From NCBI RefSeq assembly GCF_008065095.1, contig NZ_CP042911.1:3510001-3542000 (forward strand): a DNA stretch of 32,000 nt. Reading direction: 5' to 3'. Shown one piece after another: positions 16,720-26,973 of this stretch (within the stretch, counting starts at the first letter, position 1; the number at the start of each line of letters is the position of its first letter). Origin of the DNA: Gemmata obscuriglobus (lineage in GTDB: Bacteria > Planctomycetota > Planctomycetia > Gemmatales > Gemmataceae). Below the pieces are notes generated by a model. It saw nothing but the letters and a program-made list of their open reading frames with translations, made no database searches and had not been told where the DNA came from. A program made the translations under genes and the position numbers.

Positions 16720-17370
16720 TCACTTCTTGGCCGGGGCCGCGTCGTCGTCGTCGGCCTTCTTCTTCTCGGGCTTGATGACCTCGGGGCCGACGCCCGCGTC
16801 CGTCGCGGTCGGTTCGGCCTCGACGCCCGGGAGCTTCAGTTGCACGACCACGCCTTCCGGCGCGTCGAGCACCTTCACGCCCGGCGGGAGGGCGAGGTCG
16901 CGGATGTGGATCGGGTGGCCGAGGGTCAGGTTGGTGATGTCGATCGCGATCGACTCGGGGATGGCGCCCAGGGGGCACTCGACGTGCAGCGCGTGGAACG
17001 GCTGGTCGAGCACACCGCCGCCGGTCGCCTTCGGGGCGTTCTTCAGCGCGACGGGCACCGACACGCGGACCAGTTCGGCCCGGTCCTTGCGCTCGAAGTC
17101 CACGTGGATCATCTCCTTGCCGAGATAGTCCCACTGGAGCTCGCGGATCAGGACCGTTTCGGTCTTGCCTTCGATGTCGAGGTCGAGCACGCGGGCGTGC
17201 TGGACGCGGATGGCCTGGTCGAGTTCCTTCGCGTTGACCGCGAGCGACACGTTGGCCTGCTTGTGCCCGTACACGATCGCGGGGACGAGCCCCTGCTTGC
17301 GGAGGCGGGCGGCGGCACGCGAACCGGTCTCGGCGCGCGCAGTGGTCTTGAGGGTGACGGACGCAGACAT
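16720..17370 (-). CDS. rplY: 50S ribosomal protein L25 / general stress protein Ctc
   Basis: ...RKQGLVPAIVYGHKQANVSLAVNAKEL...IRELQWDYLGKEMIHVDF... plus the Ctc-type C-terminal domain. Typical position upstream of pth. Confidence 0.9.
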   Translation of the reverse strand: MSASVTLKTTARAETGSRAAARLRKQGLVPAIVYGHKQANVSLAVNAKELDQAIRVQHARVLDLDIEGKTETVLIRELQWDYLGKEMIHVDFERKDRAELVRVSVPVALKNAPKATGGGVLDQPFHALHVECPLGAIPESIAIDITNLTLGHPIHIRDLALPPGVKVLDAPEGVVVQLKLPGVEAEPTATDAGVGPEVIKPEKKKADDDDAAPAKK

Positions 17371-17459
17371 GATTTTGATCCTCGCGAACCCGGCTACTCT
17401 CGCGGCACCTGTTGGGGGCCGCTACCCTCGCGGGACGCACGTTAGCTGGCAACGAACTG

Positions 17460-17492
17460 GAAGCGGCCCCAAAGGTCATTTGGGGCCGCTTC
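17460..17492. terminator. 14-bp perfect hairpin separating the sigma-fusion gene from rplY
   Basis: GAAGCGGCCCCAAA (17460-17473) / GGTCA / TTTGGGGCCGCTTC (17479-17492). No clear U-tract on either strand. Confidence 0.45.
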
Positions 17493-17582
17493 GTGGTAAG
17501 TTAAGGGATTATGGTGAAATCGCCGCCGGGCGACAAGCCGACAGCGAAAAAACCGGACCCTCGATATGTGCCCTTTCACGAA

Positions 17583-19658
17583 CTATGGGCGCTGCGGCGT
17601 GGTCTTGTTGGGCCGCTCTTGGAGTTCCTTTTCCCGCCGCTCCTGAAGCTCCTTATCTTGCACCTTCTTAAGCTGTTGGAGCTGTTCGGCGAGCTGCTTG
17701 GCCTCCTTTTCCCGCTGCTCGTGCAGCCGCTGGAGCTGTTCGAGGCGATCCTGATACCGCCGCTCGGCGCCCTTCTGGTCGTCCACCGTTTTGTTGGGCT
17801 GCTCTCCCGCGGCCTCTGGGCGGGGGCTAAGCTTGGGAGCACGGTTCGGAGATGGCTCCTCCGTAGCGGCCGTCTTGAACCCAGCCGTCTTGATGGCGTC
17901 GGTTACGATTTGTAGCGACTTCTTGGACGTTTCCGGGGTGGCCGAGATGCGAACGTCCCGGGGACCGTTCGGGTCGCTCTTGGCGCGCGTCAGGAGCAGC
18001 GCGAGGGCCGCCGGGTCATTGGTCCGGATCGGGCCAATCGCCCGTTCCGGGGTGCGCTCTCGCGTGCCCTGCGGTGACACCTCGCGGAGGGTGAACTCGT
18101 TCCCTTTCGGGTCGATGGCGATTTCGATGTAGGCAGAGGTCGGGGCGTTCGGTTTTGCGGTTTTGGCGGCGAGCCCGTCAATCGCTGCTTGAAGTTCGCG
18201 GACCCGGGCTTCGGCGAGTGCGAGTTGCGACTCGGTCCGCTTCGTGTACGCCGCGAGCGCCTGTCGCTCCGCTTCCGCGGCCTTGAGCATTCCGTTGAGA
18301 TCGGCCAGTTTCTTGTTGAGGTCTTCGTTGGTGCCTGGGGGAGCGGTCTTGTCACCCTGGCGCTGTGCAAGTTGTGTGGCCAGCCCCTTCGCCTCGGCCT
18401 CAAGCTTCTCCACCAGGGCTTGCGCTCGCTTCAACTCTGCGGACGCGAGATTGGCTTCTGAGTGCTGCATGCGCGTACGTTCAGAAGCCTGCAGTTTGGT
18501 ATATTCCAGGATCTTTATCCAGTCTTCGGCTGTGCGCGAATTCATCTTGTGATCGGCCAGCTTACGGTTGAGCTGGCGCAGCTCTTGCTCCACGTCCTCA
18601 ATTTCGCGTGAGAGCTGAACGGCGGCTTGGACGTCCTTGGAATCATTGAGGAACTCGCCTAACTGCTTGGCTTCCTTTAGCTTCTGCACAGCCATTTCGA
18701 GCGCGGTCTTACGTAACTTCTGTTGTTGTTCAACTGCCTGGATTTTGCGTTGCAGGGTGGCGAGCTCGTCGGTCGGACTCTCGGCTCCGGGCGGCGGAGC
18801 GTTCTTCGCGGGTTTGGCAGCGGCACCGGCGCCGGAACCGTCCTGGGCGACCACGCCCGTTTGGACCGGGCGGGTGCCCAGCCCCACGCCCACGCCCACC
18901 ACGAACACCGCGCACATCGCGAACGACGCGGCGGTGGCTTTCTGGACCCAGAACATGTGAAGGACCCCTTGGACGAGTGAAGAGACCACGGGTGTAACCG
19001 CTGCGACCGCCGCGCCCGATGCCACCGCCGCATGAACCGTGTTCGTTGCCAGTGCCGCCGGCACCGCGACCGCCGGGACGGCGAGCGCTTGCACCGGGTC
19101 GAAGGCGCGGAGCCGGACCCGCAACTTCGCCAGCCCGCGGTTCAGTCGCGCGGACAGCGTGCCCTCTGGGCAGCCGAGCCGCGCCGCGGCTTCCTGTCGC
19201 GTGAAGCCCTGGAGGTGGCACAGAATGATGGGTTCGCGGTCGCGCTCGGGAAGTGCGAGCAGCGCGCCGTCGATGTCGGCTCGTAAGTCAGAGTCGGGAG
19301 CACCGGCGGAGGCGGTTTCCGGCAGCTCGCGCTGGCGGGCGAGCCGGCGGGCGTTCTTGCGCCGGAGGTTGCGCGAGGTCAGCACCGCGACCCGGTACAG
19401 CCACGGGCCGACCGTCTCACGGGCCGCGAGCTTACGCCCCTGGCTCGCGAGTACGAGGAACACGGCCTGGAAGGCGTCCTCGGCGTCGGCGGTGTGTGGC
19501 AGTAAGCGGCGACAGGTGTTCCAGACCAGCGGCCCGTGCCGCCGGACCAGTTCCTGGAACGCGGGTTCATTTCTGTCGGACGTGAACGCGCCGAGCAACT
19601 CGCCGTCTGACCGGCGGTCGGGGAGCAGCTCGCGGCAGAGGGCAGCGATGGTACGCAT
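17583..19658 (-). CDS. ECF (sigma-70 family) sigma factor fused to a TM helix, ~200-aa coiled coil, an ExbD/TolR-like domain and a K/E/Q-rich tail
   Basis: aa 30-100 FQELVRRHGPLVWNTCRRLLPHTADAEDAFQAVFLVLA (region 2). aa 130-185 LPERDREPIILCHLQGFTRQEAAARLGCPEGTLSARLNRGLAKLR (region 4 HTH). aa 243-262 ASFAMCAVFVVGVGVGLG (TM). aa ~297-497 heptad-rich. aa ~507-597 AYIEIAIDPKGNEFTL...RDVRISATPETSKKSLQIVTDAIKTAGFK. One uninterrupted 691-codon frame. Confidence 0.85.
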   Translation of the reverse strand: MRTIAALCRELLPDRRSDGELLGAFTSDRNEPAFQELVRRHGPLVWNTCRRLLPHTADAEDAFQAVFLVLASQGRKLAARETVGPWLYRVAVLTSRNLRRKNARRLARQRELPETASAGAPDSDLRADIDGALLALPERDREPIILCHLQGFTRQEAAARLGCPEGTLSARLNRGLAKLRVRLRAFDPVQALAVPAVAVPAALATNTVHAAVASGAAVAAVTPVVSSLVQGVLHMFWVQKATAASFAMCAVFVVGVGVGLGTRPVQTGVVAQDGSGAGAAAKPAKNAPPPGAESPTDELATLQRKIQAVEQQQKLRKTALEMAVQKLKEAKQLGEFLNDSKDVQAAVQLSREIEDVEQELRQLNRKLADHKMNSRTAEDWIKILEYTKLQASERTRMQHSEANLASAELKRAQALVEKLEAEAKGLATQLAQRQGDKTAPPGTNEDLNKKLADLNGMLKAAEAERQALAAYTKRTESQLALAEARVRELQAAIDGLAAKTAKPNAPTSAYIEIAIDPKGNEFTLREVSPQGTRERTPERAIGPIRTNDPAALALLLTRAKSDPNGPRDVRISATPETSKKSLQIVTDAIKTAGFKTAATEEPSPNRAPKLSPRPEAAGEQPNKTVDDQKGAERRYQDRLEQLQRLHEQREKEAKQLAEQLQQLKKVQDKELQERREKELQERPNKTTPQRP

Positions 19659-19700
19659 GCCCTTATCATGTCGCGACCGGTCCCGGCGCGTGCAGGAAAA

Positions 19701-20555
19701 TTACGCCGCGGCGGATTCGTCGTCGGACGCGTCGCTCGCGAGCCGGTGCGCGCCGCAGATGCCGCGCTTCGAGGTGCGGATGAATTCCACGAGTTCCTGA
19801 ACCGCCGGGAACTCGCCCACTTCGGCCTCGATGCGGGCCAGGGCCGCGGACAGGGGCAGGGCGGGGCGGGTCATGTAGATGATGCGGTACGCCTTGCGGA
19901 TGGCGGTGCGCTCCGCGGGCGGGATGCCGGCCCGGCGCATCCCGATCAGGTTCAGCCCGCGGACGTAGTTCACGTCCTGCATCACCCAGAACGGCGGGAT
20001 GTCCTTGCTCGACCCCGAGGCGCCGGAGAGGAACGCGAGCCGCCCGACCCGGCAGAACTGGTGAACGGCCGAGTTCCCGCTGATGAACGCCCGGTCCCCA
20101 ACGGTGACGTGCCCGCCGAGAAGGGCGGCGTTCGCGAGGATCACATCGTTCCCGACGACGCAATCGTGGGCAATGTGGGCGCCGGCCATAAAGAACCCGC
20201 GGTCGCCGATCCGCGTGACGCCGGTCCCGGGGCCGGCGCCGACTGGCATCCCGCGGTGGATGGTGACGTGTTCGCGGAAGATGTTCCCGCTGCCGATCTC
20301 GACCGCCGTGACTTCGCCCTTGTAGCCGAGGTGCTGCGGCGCCCCGCCCAGCACGGACCCCGCGCCGACCTCGTTGTTGGCGCCCATCGTAAGCGGACCG
20401 ATGAGCTGCACGTGCGGCCCGATCACGCACCCGGGGCCGAGCGTGACCGGCCCTTCGATAATCGTGTACGGCCCGATTTTCACATCGGGCAGCAGGTTCG
20501 CTTCCGGGGAGACGATCGCGGTCGGGTGAACGTGCGGGAGCGCGGGGCTCGTCAT
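19701..20555 (-). CDS. lpxA: acyl-ACP--UDP-N-acetylglucosamine O-acyltransferase
   Basis: HPTAIVSPEANLLPDVKIGPYTIIEGPVTLGPGCVIGPHVQL... hexapeptide repeats. ...IGDRGFFMAGAHIAHDCVVGNDVILANAALLGGHVTVGDRAFISG...HQFCRVG...N..GL.R.G motif. ATG at 20553-20555 lies 9 nt after AAGG; an ATG at 20564 is an alternative start. Confidence 0.9.
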   Translation of the reverse strand: MTSPALPHVHPTAIVSPEANLLPDVKIGPYTIIEGPVTLGPGCVIGPHVQLIGPLTMGANNEVGAGSVLGGAPQHLGYKGEVTAVEIGSGNIFREHVTIHRGMPVGAGPGTGVTRIGDRGFFMAGAHIAHDCVVGNDVILANAALLGGHVTVGDRAFISGNSAVHQFCRVGRLAFLSGASGSSKDIPPFWVMQDVNYVRGLNLIGMRRAGIPPAERTAIRKAYRIIYMTRPALPLSAALARIEAEVGEFPAVQELVEFIRTSKRGICGAHRLASDASDDESAAA

Positions 20556-20710
20556 GATCGGCATCCTTGTCGGCGGAACCCAGATTACCCGAAGCCGTCC
20601 AATACGCCATTTTCCGCCACCGCACCAGACCAGTTTCTTAACAACTGAGTGTGCAAAACCTGCCGCGGGCCGACACAATAACGCGTTTCGCCTATCAGGA
20701 GGATGCGACC

Positions 20711-21586
20711 GTGCCACTCTTTGGCGCGCACCTGTCGATCAGTCGTGGGCTGCACTCGGCGATCACCGATGCGGTGACGCTGGGGTGCGAAACCGTTCAG
20801 ATTTTCACCAAGAACGCGAGCCAGTGGAACGCCCCGCCGCTCCGCGACGAGGACGTGACCGCGTTCCGCCGGGCGGCGGTGGCGTCCGGCCTCCACTGGA
20901 TCACCGTTCACGATTCGTACCTCATCAACCTGGCCTCGCCGAAGGACGAACTGTTTGCGAAGTCGGTCGCGGCGTTCGCGGACGAACTGGAGCGCGCCGA
21001 GGCGCTCGGCGCCGATTACCTCGTGACGCACCCGGGCGCGCACACCGGCAGCGGCGAGGAGGCCGGCTTGGAGCGGGTGGTGGCGGGGTACGAAGAGGCG
21101 CTCGCCCGGTGCCCGGGGTACAAGGTGCGGGTGCTGCTCGAAACCACCGCGGGGCAGGGGAGTTCACTCGGGTATCGGTTCGAGCATCTGGCCACCGTCC
21201 TCGACCGCGCCAACTGCGCCGACCGCATGGGCGTGTGCTTCGACACCTGTCACGTGTTCGCGGCCGGGTACGGACTGGCCACGGCGGAAGACTACGCGGC
21301 CACATTTCAGCAGTTCGACGATCTTGTTGGGCTGGAACGGCTCAACCTCTTTCACATGAACGATAGCGAGAAACCGCGCGGCAGCCGGGTGGACCGGCAC
21401 GCCGGGATCGGGGCCGGTGAGATCGGCGAGGCGGCGTTCCGGCGGCTCGTGACGGATGTGCGGTTCCGCGACCGCCCGATGATCCTTGAAACGCCGAAAA
21501 AGAGTGCAGACGGGACCGATATGGACTCTGTCAATCTCGCACTGTTGCGACTGTTCGCGAGTGAGGCTCGCGCCGGTGGCGATTAA
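20711..21586 (+). CDS. nfo: deoxyribonuclease IV (endonuclease IV)
   Basis: VPLFGAHLSISRGL...VQIFTKNASQW...HDSYLINLASP...YLVTHPGAH...VLLETTAGQG...CFDTCHVFAAGY...FHMNDS...DRH..IG.G.IG. GTG at 20711 lies 9 nt after AGGAGG (20696-20701). Confidence 0.9.
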   Translation: MPLFGAHLSISRGLHSAITDAVTLGCETVQIFTKNASQWNAPPLRDEDVTAFRRAAVASGLHWITVHDSYLINLASPKDELFAKSVAAFADELERAEALGADYLVTHPGAHTGSGEEAGLERVVAGYEEALARCPGYKVRVLLETTAGQGSSLGYRFEHLATVLDRANCADRMGVCFDTCHVFAAGYGLATAEDYAATFQQFDDLVGLERLNLFHMNDSEKPRGSRVDRHAGIGAGEIGEAAFRRLVTDVRFRDRPMILETPKKSADGTDMDSVNLALLRLFASEARAGGD

Positions 21587-22000
21587 AGCCCGAATTCCTG
21601 AGAAGCGTGTCAAGCCCAGTTTCGCGGACGCCGATGAATGGTGTGTGCCAAGGGTTCCCGCTCACGCGGAACCCGCGGCAAGGAACCTCGCTCACCACCC
21701 GATCCCCAGCTCGGGCGGTGCGAGATTCGGTCGGCGGGAAGCGGTCCGCGGGGTTGCGATCCGGTAGCCCCCTGTTGCCGCGTGTCCGCCCGCGGAACCC
21801 GTGTCCGGTCGATCGGGCGCTCGGCCCCCGACGACGTCCGGTCCCGGACCTTCCCGCCGCCGACCGGCCGGCCCCGGCGCCACTGCTTGACACCAGGGAC
21901 CCACGCACAGTGGGTCCGAAGACGACACCCCGCGCCGGGGCCGACCGACGTCCTCCGCCCGCCGCTCACTTGACCTCTCGCGCACCGACCATATCCCTGA

Positions 22001-23365
<1,365 letters not shown>

Positions 23366-23380
23366 GCTGTGGTCGGCGGC

Positions 23381-23431
23381 CGCGGAGCGCGGGCGAACGG
23401 AGCCAGAGGTTCCGTTCGCCCGCGCTCCGCG
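23381..23431 (+). terminator. 21-bp perfect GC-rich hairpin just after eno (no U-tract)
   Basis: CGCGGAGCGCGGGCGAACGGA (23381-23401) / 9-nt loop / TCCGTTCGCCCGCGCTCCGCG (23411-23431). Confidence 0.45.
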
Positions 23432-23460
23432 ACCGTCCGCACGAGAGCCGGGACCATTCG

Positions 23461-24051
23461 ATGCCAACGTTTCTTTCCGACCCTCCGCCCGCAATTTACC
23501 TCGTGCTCGGGTTCGTGGCGCTCATCACGGGCGTGATCGCGGCCCAGCGCCAGACCCGTAAGGCGGCGGTTCCGTTACTGATCTCGGCCGGGCTGCTGCT
23601 CGTGGTGTTCCTGATCGACCGGTTCATCGACAGCCCGCGCGAGCAGGCGGTCAAGAGCGCGCAGGCGATGGCGACCGCCGCTGACACGAACCGCCCCGTA
23701 GATTTCGTCAAGCACGTCGCGGACAGGCTCGTGTACCACGGGGAAGGTCAGCCGCGCACCGCGACCCGTGCGGAGCTGCAAAACTCGCAGTTCTGGCGCA
23801 TGTTGCAGCAGTTCAACGTTCACGTGGCGGTGTGGAACTTCTCCCGCGACGACGTGAAACAGATCGACGACAACACGGTCGAAATCGGTTTCATGGCGAA
23901 GGGCGAGACGCGGGGGGAAATGAAAGGCGTTCAGATTTACGTTAGGGGCACGTTCAAGCGTCAGCCCGACGGCAGCATGAAGATGGCTGAGTTCCGCACG
24001 TTCGACGCCATCGATAACCGCAAACCGTTCAACATTCCGGACTTCCCGTGA
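23461..24051 (+). CDS. hypothetical membrane protein (two N-terminal TM helices plus an NTF2-like soluble domain)
   Basis: IYLVLGFVALITGVIAA and VPLLISAGLLLVVFLI are hydrophobic helices. The C-terminal ~130 aa has an alpha+beta pattern. Its stop overlaps the fhcD start (GTGA). Confidence 0.6.
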   Translation: MPTFLSDPPPAIYLVLGFVALITGVIAAQRQTRKAAVPLLISAGLLLVVFLIDRFIDSPREQAVKSAQAMATAADTNRPVDFVKHVADRLVYHGEGQPRTATRAELQNSQFWRMLQQFNVHVAVWNFSRDDVKQIDDNTVEIGFMAKGETRGEMKGVQIYVRGTFKRQPDGSMKMAEFRTFDAIDNRKPFNIPDFP

Positions 24052-24968
24052 GTGAGCCAATCGCCTCACTGGCACTGAACGGCGTGGAGGTGATCGACAC
24101 CTTCGCGGAGGCGTTCGGCATGAGCGCCGCGCGCGTCGTCGTGACCGCGGAGTCGGCCCGGTGGGCGGTGGAGGCGGCGCGGGCGGCGACCGGCTACGCG
24201 GCGTCGGTGATCGGGTGCGATGCCGAAGCGGGACTGGAGAAGGAGCTCACGCCGGCGGAGACTCCGGACGGGCGGCCGGGGGTGTCGCTGCTGTTCTTCG
24301 CGTTCAGCCGCGACGCGTTGCAAAAGGCGCTCGTGAACCGCGTCGCGCAGTGCATCCTGACGTGCCCAACGACGGCGTGCTTCAACGGCCTCCCCATCGA
24401 CCCGACCCGCTCGATCCGCATCGGCGGCAACCTGCGCTTTTTTGGCGACGGTTGGCAGATCAGCAAGCTGCTCGACGGCAAGCGTTACTGGCGCGTCCCG
24501 GTGATGGACGGCGAGTTCCTTTGCGAAGACGTGTTCGGCACCGCGAAGGGCGTCGCGGGCGGCAACATCCTGATTGTCGCCAACACCCAGGCGAGCGGGC
24601 TCAAAGCCGCCGAGGACGCGGTTGATGCCGCTCGGGCCGTGCCGGGCGTGATCCTGCCGTTCCCGGGCGGCGTGGTTCGTTCGGGGAGCAAGGTCGGGAG
24701 CAAGTACAAGAAGCTCCGCGCCAGCACCAACGACGCCTACTGCCCGTCCCTGCGCGGCGCTGTAAAGTCGGAGCTTCCCGACGGCGTCAACGCGGTTTAC
24801 GAACTCGTGATCGACGGCCTCGACCTCGCCGCGGTCGAACGCGCGACCTGGGAAGCGATGCTCGCGGCTACCCGTGTGCCCGGTGTGAAACGCATCACCG
24901 CAGGCAACTATGGCGGGAAGCTCGGGCCGTTTCACATCCGCCTCCGCGCGCTGATCGAGGGCACGTGA
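24048..24968 (+). CDS. fhcD: formylmethanofuran--tetrahydromethanopterin N-formyltransferase
   Basis: LNGVEVIDTFAEAF...TGYAASVIGCDAEAG...ETPDGRPGVS...FFGDGWQ...DGKRYWRVPVMDGEF...GVAGGN...PFPGGVVRSGSKVGSKYKKLRASTNDAYCP...AGNYGGKLGPFHIRL: collinear with archaeal/methylotroph Ftr throughout. Confidence 0.93.
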   Translation: MSEPIASLALNGVEVIDTFAEAFGMSAARVVVTAESARWAVEAARAATGYAASVIGCDAEAGLEKELTPAETPDGRPGVSLLFFAFSRDALQKALVNRVAQCILTCPTTACFNGLPIDPTRSIRIGGNLRFFGDGWQISKLLDGKRYWRVPVMDGEFLCEDVFGTAKGVAGGNILIVANTQASGLKAAEDAVDAARAVPGVILPFPGGVVRSGSKVGSKYKKLRASTNDAYCPSLRGAVKSELPDGVNAVYELVIDGLDLAAVERATWEAMLAATRVPGVKRITAGNYGGKLGPFHIRLRALIEGT

Positions 24969-25786
24969 TGCTCAAACTCACCCTACGCGCGCCCTCCAGC
25001 ATCCCGCTTGAAGTCGAAGGCATCACCCCCGAGCGGGTGGCAGGTCTGTCGCCGCTGGAAGTGGCCAAGCTACCCGTACAGCACGGGAACCGCGCGGAGC
25101 CGCTCGGCGAGTTCTTCGAGGTGATACACGACCCGAAGGGCACCTGGGCAGACCTGCACATCGCCGGAGACACGTCGAACGTCAAGTTCATCGGCGCGCG
25201 GATGAGTGCCGGAAACATCTATGTAGAAAACCGGGTCGGGATGCACGCCGGCGCGCAGATGAGCGGCGGGTCTCTGACGCTCGACTCTGGCGCCGCGGGG
25301 TGGCTCGGTGCCGAGATGCGTGGCGGCTCCATCGAGGTACGCGGCCACGCTGGCGACCACGTCGGGGCCGCGTATCGCGGGTCGCGGCGGGGCATGACCG
25401 GCGGAACGATTGTCGTTCGCGGGTCGGCGGGCGACGAACTCGGACTCCTCATGCGCCGAGGGCTGATCGTGGCCGAAGGCGCGTGCGGCCAGTTCGCCGG
25501 GGCGTCGATGATCGCGGGGACGCTGGCGCTGTTCGGAACGGTCGGCGAGCGGTGCGGCGCGGGTATGAAGCGCGGCACGATCCTGACCGCAACCGCGCCG
25601 CAACTGCCGCCGTCGTTCCGCTTCGCGTGTGAGTACCGTCCGAGCTTTTTGCCGCTGTACCTCGCACACTTCGCGCGATTGGGCGTGAACCTGCCGACGG
25701 GTTTCGGTGTCGGAACCCTGCGCTGTTTCCGGGGCGACATGCTCACCGGTGGAAAGGGTGAGGTGTTGATCGGGGGCGGAACCTGA
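24965..25786 (+). CDS. fhcC: formylmethanofuran dehydrogenase subunit C-like protein (GXGXG repeat fold; FhcC)
   Basis: Repeating G-rich beta-helix turns: GARMSAGNIYVENRVGMHAGAQMSGGSLTLDSGAAGWLGAEMRGGSIEVRGHAGDHVGA...MTGGTIVVRGSAGDELG. The start is GTG 24965 or ATG 24968; both overlap the fhcD stop. Confidence 0.85.
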   Translation: MMLKLTLRAPSSIPLEVEGITPERVAGLSPLEVAKLPVQHGNRAEPLGEFFEVIHDPKGTWADLHIAGDTSNVKFIGARMSAGNIYVENRVGMHAGAQMSGGSLTLDSGAAGWLGAEMRGGSIEVRGHAGDHVGAAYRGSRRGMTGGTIVVRGSAGDELGLLMRRGLIVAEGACGQFAGASMIAGTLALFGTVGERCGAGMKRGTILTATAPQLPPSFRFACEYRPSFLPLYLAHFARLGVNLPTGFGVGTLRCFRGDMLTGGKGEVLIGGGT

Positions 25787-25797
25787 CGAGAGAGCGG

Positions 25798-26265
25798 ATG
25801 GTCTTTTTCACGCGCGACTTGTACACGGGAACGCAAGACAACTCTGGTCGGTCGCGGCGCGCGGGACGAGAGTGGGACCGCCGGTACGAAGCGTACTCGC
25901 GCTACCTGGACGTAATCGGACCGTATCTGCCGAGGCCAGTTCGGCAACTGGCTGCTGATGGCCCGCACGACGCCGTTGTTCGGGCCGCTTCGTTCGGGAC
26001 TGGTGAACTCACGCTCCGCCTTGACACTTCGGGCGCGCTCGGCTCGTTTCGAGGCCGACGCCCGCTGCGGTTGACGTTTCGTGGCGTGCCCGGTCGGGTC
26101 CGCACCAGACATCTTCTGGGCCAGTGGTGGCTCTATCAGGAAGCACATCTCCGATCGAACGGCCGGTTCAGTATTCACGTCCTCTTCGACGAAGACGAGC
26201 TGGAGATCGAGGCCGACGAGGTGCTGATCGCGCGGGAGTGGTCGTCAGGCACTGGTAAGAATTAA
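25798..26265 (+). CDS. hypothetical protein (N-terminus MVFFTRDLY... resembles the DUF4085 pattern)
   Basis: Lies 11 nt after fhcC and 11 nt before the next gene, same strand, with G/C-rich third positions. No confident family assignment. Confidence 0.5.
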   Translation: MVFFTRDLYTGTQDNSGRSRRAGREWDRRYEAYSRYLDVIGPYLPRPVRQLAADGPHDAVVRAASFGTGELTLRLDTSGALGSFRGRRPLRLTFRGVPGRVRTRHLLGQWWLYQEAHLRSNGRFSIHVLFDEDELEIEADEVLIAREWSSGTGKN

Positions 26266-26276
26266 TAGGACGCAAC

Positions 26277-26948
26277 ATGTCGGATCAACTCTCCGCCGTT
26301 CGGGGCGGCTATGATCGTTGGGCCAAGGTTTACGATCACGACGCGAACCCGCTCCAGGGGCTTGAAGAGCCGCCCGTTCGGGCCGCCGCCGGCGCGGTGC
26401 GCGGCCTCCGCGCGCTTGACCTCGGGTGCGGCACCGGGCGGCACGCGCTCTGGCTGGCGGGGCAGGGGGCGTCGGTCACGGCGGTCGATTTCTCGGAAGG
26501 AATGCTGAACGAGGCGCGGGCCAAGCCCGGCGCGGATGCGGTCACGTTCCAGGTTCACGACCTCCACACGCCGCTGCCGTTTTCGGCGGAATTCGACCTG
26601 GTTGTCAGCGGGTTGGTGCTGGAGCACCTGCGCGAACTCGATCCGTTCTTCGCGGACGTCCGGCGCGCCCTCAAGCCCGGCGGGCGAGCGGTCGTGTCCG
26701 CGATGCACCCCGCCATGATGCTCCGCGGCACACAGGCGCGCTTCACGGACCCTGATTCGGGCGAACTGGTTCAGCCGGGAAGTGTCGCGCACTCAGTGGC
26801 GGCGTTCGTGATGGCCGCGTTGCGTGCCGGCTTCACGATCGCGAACGTGGAAGAACTTGCCCCGGATGCGGCGTTCGCAGACCGCTATCCGCGTGCGTCC
26901 AAGTACGTCGGCTGGCCGATGCTCGTAGTGCTGTCGCTCACGGCGTGA
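26277..26948 (+). CDS. class I SAM-dependent methyltransferase
   Basis: ALDLGCGTGRHALWLAGQGASVTAVDFSEGML (motif I / post-I), FDLVVSGLVLEHL, LKPGGRAVVS. AGGA 6 nt upstream of the ATG. Confidence 0.85.
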   Translation: MSDQLSAVRGGYDRWAKVYDHDANPLQGLEEPPVRAAAGAVRGLRALDLGCGTGRHALWLAGQGASVTAVDFSEGMLNEARAKPGADAVTFQVHDLHTPLPFSAEFDLVVSGLVLEHLRELDPFFADVRRALKPGGRAVVSAMHPAMMLRGTQARFTDPDSGELVQPGSVAHSVAAFVMAALRAGFTIANVEELAPDAAFADRYPRASKYVGWPMLVVLSLTA

Positions 26949-26973
26949 AGGCGGCAGTTGCACCAAAAACAAA

